Notes under the pieces: generated by a model
What the model was told of the DNA's origin: nothing
Databases searched by the model: none
Seen by the model: the letters and a program-made list of their open reading frames with translations, nothing else
Translations under genes and position numbers: made by a program
Shown here: piece after piece, positions 9,710 through 19,507 of the stretch
Position numbering within the stretch: position 1 is the first letter of the stretch
Layout: the number at the start of each line of letters is the position of its first letter
DNA from: Candidatus Aquidulcis sp.
GTDB lineage: Bacteria > Chloroflexota > Limnocylindria > Limnocylindrales > Limnocylindraceae
Assembly (NCBI GenBank): GCA_009919005.1
Contig: RGCW01000004.1
Location: 1 to 50,984, forward strand
Direction: 5' to 3'
Length of the DNA stretch: 50,984 nucleotides

Positions 9710-11242
9710 CTACGGTCGAACGAGATTTCCGGTTGGGCCACTGGCACGAGAGGTGAATGGGGCCGGGTAGTCGCCGCGAATCAGATCCTGCGTGACTTGT
9801 GCGGTGAGCAGCGCCCCTGGCATTCCCGCGCCTGGGTGCGTGCCGCCGCCAACGTAGTAGAGCCCGGCGATCGCACGGTCCCTGTTTGGTTGGCGGAAAT
9901 ACGCTGATTGCTGCAGCGACGGTTCGACCGCGAAGGCGTTCCCATCAGGGGCGAGAAGTTCGTCGCGGAAGGTGAGCGGTGTCCACGATCGCTCAACGAC
10001 AATGGAGTCGCGGAGGCCAGGCAGCCCCCAGTCCTCAAGCCACTCCAGGGTGCGATCGCGCAGCCGCGGTGCGGCCTCGCTCCAATCATCACCAGAGGCA
10101 AGGTTTGGAACGGGGAGCAGGATGGCAATCGAGTCGCCGCCTGGAGCTGCCATCTCAGGCTCCGTTCGGGACGGGGCGTGAATGTAGACAGCGTTGCTGC
10201 GAGGCAGGCGTCGATCGCGGGTAACGTCCCGAATAAAGCCGTGATAGTCGTCACCTACGACCAGTGTGTGATGGAGAAGCTTCTCAAATTTCTTGTTCGT
10301 TCCCAGATAGAGCATGTGGGCGGACATCGTGGTTCGTAGTGGGCGAAGTCGCCATGGCATCGTGTCGGGAGCGTCAGGAAGCAGGGCGGCACGCGCGGTT
10401 ACATCGCCGTTATAGATGACGAGGTCAGCGCTGTGCACTGCACCATCTGCGGTGCGCACGCCGGTCGCCCGTCCGTTGCGGTGCAGGATTTGATCCACCT
10501 TCTGATCGGTATGGATCACGCCGCCCATCCCCCTGATGATCGTGCCGAAGGATTCAATGATGCTGTAGACGCCGCCCTCGGTGTACCAGATGCCATCAGC
10601 AACTTGAAGGTAGGCCAGCGCCGAATAGATTGCGGGGACTCGTGATGGATCACCACCGATGAATAGTGAGTGGAAGCCGAACGCCTGTTGCACGTGAGGC
10701 TCTTTAAAGTACTTTGCGACCCAGCCTTCAAGGAAACGAATCGCGTCGAGGCGTGCCATGGTGGGGAGCAGTTTCACGAAGTCTTTCAGGTTGAGGAAGT
10801 TTTGCCGACCTGAGACGAGGATTCCTTCACGGTGAATTGCACCCGATGCCGCGAGGAATGCCTCAAGCTGATTGGCATCTTCGTGGGAAAACTTGCGCAA
10901 CTCTGCTCGAAGGTGTTCAACATCACTGCCAAAGTCGAAGTGGCGATCCTCACCAGTCCAGAAGATCCGGTAGCCGGGTTGCAGCTGTCGAAGGGTGACG
11001 TGGTCCGACATCTTCTCGCCGGCCGCCGCATAGACCTCTTCGAAGAGCCAGGGCATGGTGATGAGCGACGGACCCGTGTCAAAGGTGTAGCCACTCTCGC
11101 GGATGCGCGAGGCGCGCCCACCGATCTCTGAGCGGGCCTCAAAGATGGTGACCTGCCAGCCGTCAGAGAGGAGCCGGATGGCCGTGGAGAGTCCACCGAA
11201 GCCGCTTCCGACGATGATCGCCTGCCGACCCCCGTGCGCCAT
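9710..11242 (-). CDS. crtI: Phytoene desaturase (CrtI family)
   Basis: IVGSGFGGL FAD motif, GYTFDTGPS, LYYVGGGTHPGAGMPG; adjacent to crtB. Confidence 0.92.
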   Translation of the reverse strand: MAHGGRQAIIVGSGFGGLSTAIRLLSDGWQVTIFEARSEIGGRASRIRESGYTFDTGPSLITMPWLFEEVYAAAGEKMSDHVTLRQLQPGYRIFWTGEDRHFDFGSDVEHLRAELRKFSHEDANQLEAFLAASGAIHREGILVSGRQNFLNLKDFVKLLPTMARLDAIRFLEGWVAKYFKEPHVQQAFGFHSLFIGGDPSRVPAIYSALAYLQVADGIWYTEGGVYSIIESFGTIIRGMGGVIHTDQKVDQILHRNGRATGVRTADGAVHSADLVIYNGDVTARAALLPDAPDTMPWRLRPLRTTMSAHMLYLGTNKKFEKLLHHTLVVGDDYHGFIRDVTRDRRLPRSNAVYIHAPSRTEPEMAAPGGDSIAILLPVPNLASGDDWSEAAPRLRDRTLEWLEDWGLPGLRDSIVVERSWTPLTFRDELLAPDGNAFAVEPSLQQSAYFRQPNRDRAIAGLYYVGGGTHPGAGMPGALLTAQVTQDLIRGDYPAPFTSRASGPTGNLVRP

Positions 11243-11337
11243 GGTCCCCCCAGTGTTGCTCAGCGGGGCAGCGCCCCGTATCCCCATCATCGTAGGCGGG
11301 ACGAGCGGGGGGCGCTGAGCACGAAATCCGCCTGCCA

Positions 11338-11371
11338 TTGACGACGACGCCGTACGGGCGGATCATCCGCC
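11338..11371 (+). promoter_or_regulatory. Promoter TTGACG-17-GATCAT overlapped by a perfect 7-1-7 palindrome (putative IclR operator)
   Basis: TTGACG 11338-11343; GATCAT 11361-11366; GGCGGAT-C-ATCCGCC 11357-11371. Confidence 0.6.
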
Positions 11372-11392
11372 ACCTAGGGAGGAGACCGATGA

Positions 11393-12333
11393 ATGAGTAG
11401 TGAGCAGGTACGCGCCCGCACGCCTGATGTCGCTGACGACCACCTCGATCACGGCGGTGGCGCCGGATCCCCAGGGGCCGATGATGCCGCGGTCCGTTCC
11501 GTTGACCGCGCCGCCGCCCTCCTCGTCTGCCTCGCCGACGCCGACGGATCGGCATCAGTCACCGACCTCTCGCACTCCCTAGATCTTCACAAGTCCACGG
11601 TCAGCCGCCTCCTCTCCACCCTTGAGCGTCGCGGACTCGTGGAACAGGATCGCGAGAGCGGGCACTTCCGCCTCGGCGTCGGCATCATTCGCTTGGCCCA
11701 GTCCGCAGAACGGACGCTCGATCTGAGGACGATAGCCCTCCCCGAGATGGAGGCGCTCGCCAAGACGACCCATGAGACCGTGAGCCTTGAGGTCTTTGAT
11801 GGTGTCGGCGCGGCCGTGGCCATCTGTCAGATAGACGGACCAAACCTCACGCCAATGCCCGACATCACGGGTCGTCCGGTTGCGATGCACGCCATCGCCT
11901 CGGGGAAGGTGCTGCTCGCCTCACTCCCAGAGCGAACCGTCCTTGCGATTGCACGGCGTGGTCTGGTTCGCTACACGCCACGAACCATCACCGATCCGCG
12001 TGCCTTACTTGAAGAGCTCGCAACCATTCGAAAACGCGGTTACGCGGTGGCGATTGGCGAGTGGGACGAACGCATCACTGCAGCCGCGGTACCAATCTGT
12101 GACGCACGTGGCAGCGTGATCGCGACCGTCGTCGTGTGGGGAGCATCGGCGCGGGTCACCCCAGGGACACTGCCATCGCTGGTCACCGCGGCCCGTGATG
12201 CGGCGCAGCTGATCAGCACCAAGTTGGGCTGGAGCGGCGGTCAACGTCGTGCTGGCATCGTGCCGCACCTAAAAGATGATGATGCCGACGAGCAAGAGCA
12301 CGAGGTGGCGGACGACGAAGAGGCCGCAGGTTA

Positions 12334-12334
<1 letters not shown>
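11393..12334 (+). CDS. IclR family transcriptional regulator
   Basis: HTH segment SVDRA...LHKSTVSRLLSTL; effector domain HAIASGKVLLA and ELATIRKRGYAV. Confidence 0.93.
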
Positions 12335-14304
<1,970 letters not shown>

Positions 14305-14309
14305 CGAGG

Positions 14310-14354
14310 ACTTTTCCACAACACGCCCAAATTGCTCGTGAATGGTGGAAAAGT
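14310..14354. repeat. 10-bp perfect inverted repeat with 25-nt spacer; left arm overlaps a DnaA-box match
   Basis: ACTTTTCCAC 14310-14319 / GTGGAAAAGT 14345-14354; TTTTCCACA at 14312-14320. Confidence 0.6.
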
Positions 14355-14390
14355 GCTGCGAGACTCAGCGATAGTTCGTTGATAAGTCCC

Positions 14391-14419
14391 TTCTCGTAGG
14401 GCGTGTGCGCAGCGATGCT
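14391..14419 (+). promoter_or_regulatory. Candidate promoter for the structured RNA
   Basis: TTCTCG (14391-14396), 17 nt, GATGCT (14414-14419), ending 7 nt before the RNA closing stem. Similar G-initial -10 boxes occur at 11361 and 16209. Confidence 0.4.
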
Positions 14420-14426
14420 TCTCGTA

Positions 14427-14681
14427 GCCCGAAGGGGCCAACGGTGACCCCGCCGACCGAGCAATCGGCCAGGCGGCACGGACTGTGGCGATGACGGGAT
14501 CGAGCCGGCAGGTAACTGACGGTGCTGGTGAATGACCACCAACGCGCGGGGCGACTCGCAGCGGCGGAGCGGAGGGTCACCTGGGAGCTCGGCTTTACGG
14601 CCAGAGCGACTCGATCCGATCTCACAGCGGAGGGGACTCGGCGTGTATGCGTCGCCCCCTCCATCGGATGGCCTCTCGGGC
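14427..14681 (+). ncRNA. Unassigned large structured ncRNA (multi-branched, pseudoknotted)
   Basis: Closing stem 14427-14440/14669-14681; GNRA loops GCAA, GTAA, GCGA; long helix 14483-14504/14610-14627; crossing 8-bp pairing GGTGACCC/GGGTCACC; lies between convergent genes. Confidence 0.7.
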
Positions 14682-14693
14682 GAACCCTTTTCA

Positions 14694-16202
14694 CTATGGA
14701 CTGGTGCTCTCTAGCACGCTGGATGATGCCTCGGGACTCGGCGATGGAGATTCAGTTGGCGAAGGCGAGGGCGATACAAGGGCCGGGAACGCGTTCGCGA
14801 TCGTGCTGCGAATCTTCGCGATCGTCGCTGGTGTCAGGTATGCGGGATACGCACTCGGTGCGAAGCGGTAGAGGCGCACAAGAGCGGTTGATGCTCGCGA
14901 GAAGAGATCGACAAGATTCGGCAGAGAACTTCGAGGCAGGTCGGTCCACACATACCCTTTTGCGGCTGAGGCGAGCCCTGGGGCGTTGAGAATGGTGGCA
15001 GCACCGAGTTGATCGCGTATAGCTAGTAGGAGCGCCTGTTGGCGTCGCATCCGTCCATAGTCTGAATCCTGATGCCGACTTCGGGCGTAGGCCAGCGCGA
15101 GACGACCATCAAAGTGATGTCTCCCAGTATCAATTCGAAGTTTGATTGAACCGAGTACTGGGTCGGGATAGTTCGCGTCAACAACAGACTCCGTCACATT
15201 CATATCAATGCCCCCCATCGCATCAACCACCTTGATCACCCCCCACAGGTCGGCGACGAGGACGGCATCGATCGGTCGTTGGGCCAACTCTGAGATCGTG
15301 GCGCGGACGGCGGCTATCCCGGAGACACTCCCATCTCCCGGCCAGAGCTGCGGATAGTAGAAGGTTGCATCGGTGTAGACCTCGTTGAGGAGCTTGGTGA
15401 AACAGCCGCAGGGGCTAGCGTTGCGTGCGGCACCCGGAGGGAGCGGCACGTTCACCATGTTGCGCGGAAAGCCGAACATTGCGACACGACCCGTTGCCAC
15501 ATCGACCTCAACGAGCAGCATGACGTCCATGCGTCGGCTCCAGCGATCGTTGCCAGCGTCGGATCCGAGGAGAAGCAGATCAAATTTTCCGTCATCGCCC
15601 CACGGGATCTCGCCGGGGCGTGTCCACGGCGTGGCGACGGTTAAGGGTGGCAGCGTCCCCGTCCCCGCTCGATTTGGCGTTGGTGTGCTCGGAGACTCTG
15701 CGGGGGAGGCTTCATCTGTGGGCGACACATCTGTGGGACCAGGGCTCGTCACCTGAGGTAGGGGACTCGGAGAAGCCTCAGAGAAGGTGCTGTTCAGTAG
15801 GTCATCGAATGCGGCCAGCGATCGTCCGATAGCGAGGTGAGGTCCAACGATGAGCAGGAGCGCCGCAGCAATGACCACGGCGCGGTCACGCACGGAGAGG
15901 CGCGTGCCACGTGCTGCATGCGCCGTTGCACCAAGTCGCCACACGGCAACGATGAGGTTGATGAGGCCGAGCGCGATCAAGGCCCCAGGCGTGACCATGA
16001 TGATGAGGAGCTGCCTGGTTCCACCGAACAAGGTCACGAGAACGAGGGCCGTGAGCAGTGCGAGCATCGGTGCCGCCCAAAAGAGAGCGATCCGACGGTT
16101 GCCGCGCAGCCAATGCCCGGCGCCTGGGGCCAGTACCGAGAGAAGCGCAGCGCGAACTGGCGAGGTCACACTGCGGCGGCGTGTTGGTCTGGCAGGCTTC
16201 AC
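14694..16202 (-). CDS. LCP (LytR-CpsA-Psr) family protein
   Basis: N-terminal TM segments, LLLGSD..RMD, FPRN, ALAYARSRHQDSDYGRMRRQQ; Ser/Pro-rich linker and tail. Confidence 0.9.
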   Translation of the reverse strand: MKPARPTRRRSVTSPVRAALLSVLAPGAGHWLRGNRRIALFWAAPMLALLTALVLVTLFGGTRQLLIIMVTPGALIALGLINLIVAVWRLGATAHAARGTRLSVRDRAVVIAAALLLIVGPHLAIGRSLAAFDDLLNSTFSEASPSPLPQVTSPGPTDVSPTDEASPAESPSTPTPNRAGTGTLPPLTVATPWTRPGEIPWGDDGKFDLLLLGSDAGNDRWSRRMDVMLLVEVDVATGRVAMFGFPRNMVNVPLPPGAARNASPCGCFTKLLNEVYTDATFYYPQLWPGDGSVSGIAAVRATISELAQRPIDAVLVADLWGVIKVVDAMGGIDMNVTESVVDANYPDPVLGSIKLRIDTGRHHFDGRLALAYARSRHQDSDYGRMRRQQALLLAIRDQLGAATILNAPGLASAAKGYVWTDLPRSSLPNLVDLFSRASTALVRLYRFAPSAYPAYLTPATIAKIRSTIANAFPALVSPSPSPTESPSPSPEASSSVLESTSP

Positions 16203-16245
16203 CTGCGCATTCTCACCGCTCTCAGAGAATCGTGTCGGAGGCTAC

Positions 16246-17091
16246 TTATTCTGCGATCGGAAGGGCACGCCCTTGTGCCTTCGCTGCGGCCGCCTTCGCC
16301 GCCCAGGCCCCGAGCACCTCATCTTTGTGGGGCCGGATCGGACAGTGGCCATCTTTATTGCCTGCCTCGTCGCAGTAGCCGAGCGGCACGCACTTCGGTG
16401 CCAAAAAGCTACCGAGGAAGGGGCTGACGGCAAAGATCTCGTGGCGGATGAGCTGGAAGAGTCGACGGATCTCCCACTGTGCCATGGTGCAGAGACGCAG
16501 CCCTGACATGTGAATAAGGGCGCGGAGGTTGACGGTCATGATCAGATTCGTGCGGGTCGCGTTTGGAAAAACAAACCGAGCATCTTCTGCCGGAATCCCA
16601 GCCGCAACGAGGTCACCGTAGAGGCCGAGCGCCCCCTGCGTCGCCTCCTCAAAACGGGCCCGAACCTCGTCGTCGGCCTCGGCGACGGAGCCAGGGAGCA
16701 TCGTCGCTGCCTTCTTAAAGGTCACATAGCGCTGCGATTGCTGATCAAACGCGACACCCGCTCGATGACGCACGAGTTGATGGCTAAGCGTTCTGGTCAC
16801 CCCCGTGATCGCGAAGGTAAAGACGATGTGTTCAATCGTGCTGCCGTGTCCGGATTCAATCACACGGCTCACCAGTTCACGTTGCTTGGTTGGGTCGATC
16901 TCGCCCGCTTCGGCGCGGCGGTAGATCTCCTCAGGTGGAAGTTCGGAGTAGCAGGTGCGACATGCCGTATAGATGATCGGAACATACGACCGCTCGACGA
17001 TCTCCCGATTGGGGAAGAGCAGCGTGGCCTTCATTCCCAGGTCGTGGCGACCTGGGTTCTTGGGAATGCCAGCTCGCTCCGTTCCACTCAT
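16246..17091 (-). CDS. thyX: FAD-dependent thymidylate synthase
   Basis: GHGSTIEH, RHR-x8-S (RHRAGVAFDQQS), EDARFVFP and AQWEIR motifs. Confidence 0.95.
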   Translation of the reverse strand: MSGTERAGIPKNPGRHDLGMKATLLFPNREIVERSYVPIIYTACRTCYSELPPEEIYRRAEAGEIDPTKQRELVSRVIESGHGSTIEHIVFTFAITGVTRTLSHQLVRHRAGVAFDQQSQRYVTFKKAATMLPGSVAEADDEVRARFEEATQGALGLYGDLVAAGIPAEDARFVFPNATRTNLIMTVNLRALIHMSGLRLCTMAQWEIRRLFQLIRHEIFAVSPFLGSFLAPKCVPLGYCDEAGNKDGHCPIRPHKDEVLGAWAAKAAAAKAQGRALPIAE

Positions 17092-17092
17092 G

Positions 17093-17281
17093 TCAGTAGT
17101 AGTCCGAGCAGGAGAGGAAGTAGCCACATTCACAGATCATCTTGCACTTGCGATCGATCAACTGCGCTCCGCAATTTGCGCAGCAGGTCATCACGAGCCC
17201 AGGGTCAACCTCTGTTGGTGCAGGTGATGATGGAGTGCTCAGTTCGTCGGTGGTGGTTACGGGAACTGGCTGCGTCAACAT
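17093..17281 (-). CDS. Small Cys-rich zinc-finger protein
   Basis: CANCG...[18 protein letters not shown]; leaderless-type TAGGAT 7 nt upstream; stop codon 1 nt before the thyX ATG. Confidence 0.75.
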   Translation of the reverse strand: MLTQPVPVTTTDELSTPSSPAPTEVDPGLVMTCCANCGAQLIDRKCKMICECGYFLSCSDYY

Positions 17282-17291
17282 CTCGGGAATC

Positions 17292-17891
17292 CTACCGCTC
17301 TGAAGGGGCTGCGGTGTGGCGCGATGCCTCCCAGGGGGCGCCGCTGGTGCGGCGTGCCGTCATGAGCTGGCGGGCCTCGGCCACGATCGCGCCCGGAGCG
17401 GTGCCGCTCGGCAACACGCGAATGATTGATAGGTCGTCTGGCCCAACCACGAGGCGTCGACGCACCAGGTCAACCAGTTCAACCCAGGCATCACCGACTA
17501 GGAGAAGTGGCCGGGCATCGCTCACCTGCAAGAGGTTCCAGGCGACGGCGATCTCGGCGAGGGTGCCGATCCCTCCATCGAGACCGATGAGCAGGTCGGC
17601 TCGCGAGAAGAGGCGTAATCGATCGAAGAGGTCAGCTGAATCAATCCGCTCTGTCACCGCCTCATTGGCCGGCAGGCCATCCCACGCGGTGACCGTGTAG
17701 CCGAGCACCTCTCCACCCGTAGAGCGCGCGCCCCGAGAGGCGGCGCCCATGATCCCCTCATAGCCGCCTGTCGCCACCGTGAAGCCTGCCTCGGCGAGGG
17801 CGGCCCCGAGGTTGAAGGCCGCGATCCAACGCGGATCACTGCTCGGGAGTCGTGCGGAGCCGTACACCCCCACGATGCGTTGTTCAGTCAT
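17292..17891 (-). CDS. LOG family nucleotide phosphoribohydrolase
   Basis: [22 protein letters not shown] and GGIGTLAE motifs. Confidence 0.88.
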   Translation of the reverse strand: MTEQRIVGVYGSARLPSSDPRWIAAFNLGAALAEAGFTVATGGYEGIMGAASRGARSTGGEVLGYTVTAWDGLPANEAVTERIDSADLFDRLRLFSRADLLIGLDGGIGTLAEIAVAWNLLQVSDARPLLLVGDAWVELVDLVRRRLVVGPDDLSIIRVLPSGTAPGAIVAEARQLMTARRTSGAPWEASRHTAAPSER

Positions 17892-19422
17892 TGCAGCGTG
17901 TCCCGTCTGCTGGCAGGGTCCCACTGACGAGGAAGGTGATCGCGGCGTCGTCGATGCAGGCACTCTTCCCGCCGACGCCGGTATGCCCCTCCCCCACATA
18001 GGTGAGGAGTGACGCACTCTCCAGTAGGTTCGCCATGCGCTCGGCCCAGGTGTATGGGGTCGCAGGATCACCCGTCGTTCCAACGACCATGATCGGTGCG
18101 GCTCCCGCACCATTGATGGGCTTCGGCAAAGGATCGGCACTCTTGTATGGCCATACGCCACAGAGGAGGCCACCAGAGGCCTGTCCCGCGGCAAAGTCTG
18201 GGGCACGATCAACAAACTTTTCATAGATCGCTTTGTACCGAGCGATCGACGGTGTCGTCGGCGAATCGATGCAGCTGATCGCGGGGAAGGCCTCCATGAT
18301 GTTGGACTTGTAGGAGCCGTCTTCGCTGCGGTCGTTGTAAGCATCGGCCAAAAGGCTCAGCAGGTAACCGTCACCCTCGCTCGCCCCAGCGAGGCCCTGA
18401 ACGGCGTAATCCCAATAGTCACGGTTGTAGAGCGTCATGATCACGCCCGTCCAGGCCAGTGTGGAGTTCAGCGAGCGCCCGTCCTGGAGCTCAAGCGGTC
18501 GATCATCAAGTCGATTCATGAGTGCATCAAACGCTTTGCGAGACGATCCGCCGCCGAACGGACAGGCAGAATCAGCGTCACACCAGGCGAAGAGTCGATT
18601 GAGTGCACCTTGAAGCGAGACCCCTTGTTCGCCGTATTCGGATTCGTCGGTGGGGGCCATATCGACGGCGCCGTCGAGAATGAGGTGACCCGTTGAGGCG
18701 GGGAAGAGGGTAGCGAATACGGCACCGAGCGCGGTGCCATAGCTGAAGCCGAGGTAGTCGAGCTTTGCGACTCCGAGCCCAACGCGAATGCTCTCCATAT
18801 CCCGGGCAGAAGCTGTGGTGCCGATGTAGGCGAGCAGGTCGCCAGAGCCCGCCTTGCACTTATCGGCAAACCATTGCGCGTCATTTAGAGCGGCGGTCCA
18901 ATCTTTTGTGGTTGGACGATCTGGAATTCCTGGCGTAGCGGCCCAGTCATCCATCTCAATGTCACTCAAGCAGTTGACTGGGGCACTGCGATTGACGCCG
19001 CGAGGATCCCAGGCCACCAGGTCAAACCGATTGCCGATCTCAGCGGGAACGACACCGCGCCCCGACTCGGCGAGGATGTTGATACCAGAGGCGCCAGGGC
19101 CGCCGAAGTTCAACAGGAGTGGCCCAACCTTATTCGCCTGGTCAGCGGCAGGAAGTAGGGCAACGGCGAGTTCAATCGTTGGACCATCGGGCGTTAGATA
19201 GTCACGAGGGACGGTAATGGTGGCGCAGAGGAGTTCTGGATTGCCACCCGTTACGGGGTCCGTGACAGGACAACTCTTCCAATCGATCGTTCCAGTGGGA
19301 ACAAAGCTCGCCGTCGGACTTGGTGATGTGATCGTCATGTCGCCACCACATGCCGCGACGGCCAACGTGGCGGCGAGGAGCATTGCCGTGAGACGTCGCC
19401 CTCGACCGAAGCCAGTGCCCAC
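17884..19422 (-). CDS. Lipoprotein alpha/beta hydrolase (TAP-like peptidase)
   Basis: Lipobox VAAC, NFGGPG, DPRGV, GFSYG nucleophile, DPATP, EGHT; GAGGAGG RBS. Confidence 0.9.
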   Translation of the reverse strand: MGTGFGRGRRLTAMLLAATLAVAACGGDMTITSPSPTASFVPTGTIDWKSCPVTDPVTGGNPELLCATITVPRDYLTPDGPTIELAVALLPAADQANKVGPLLLNFGGPGASGINILAESGRGVVPAEIGNRFDLVAWDPRGVNRSAPVNCLSDIEMDDWAATPGIPDRPTTKDWTAALNDAQWFADKCKAGSGDLLAYIGTTASARDMESIRVGLGVAKLDYLGFSYGTALGAVFATLFPASTGHLILDGAVDMAPTDESEYGEQGVSLQGALNRLFAWCDADSACPFGGGSSRKAFDALMNRLDDRPLELQDGRSLNSTLAWTGVIMTLYNRDYWDYAVQGLAGASEGDGYLLSLLADAYNDRSEDGSYKSNIMEAFPAISCIDSPTTPSIARYKAIYEKFVDRAPDFAAGQASGGLLCGVWPYKSADPLPKPINGAGAAPIMVVGTTGDPATPYTWAERMANLLESASLLTYVGEGHTGVGGKSACIDDAAITFLVSGTLPADGTRCND

Positions 19423-19450
19423 AGGTGCCTCCTCAGCGCTCGTGTGAATG

Positions 19451-19487
19451 TGAACGCCCCAGCCGCCAGAGGCGACCAGGGCGTTCA
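19451..19487 (-). terminator. Stem-loop downstream of nrdJ
   Basis: TGAACGCCC/GGGCGTTCA arms with inner CGCC/GGCG; no U-tract. Confidence 0.45.
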
Positions 19488-19507
19488 GTGTTCGGTGTTC
19501 TCTCTGA

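Noticed and set aside
14434-14675. tmRNA (GGGGCCAACGG start pairing with TGGCCTC)
   Set aside because: No TTCGAC after the 5' stem, no T-loop, no CCA, and too short.
14365-14989. Track ORFs over the acs-LCP gap (14365-14694, 14522-14989)
   Set aside because: Arg/Ser-rich with no motifs or RBS; the region is better explained by RNA structure.
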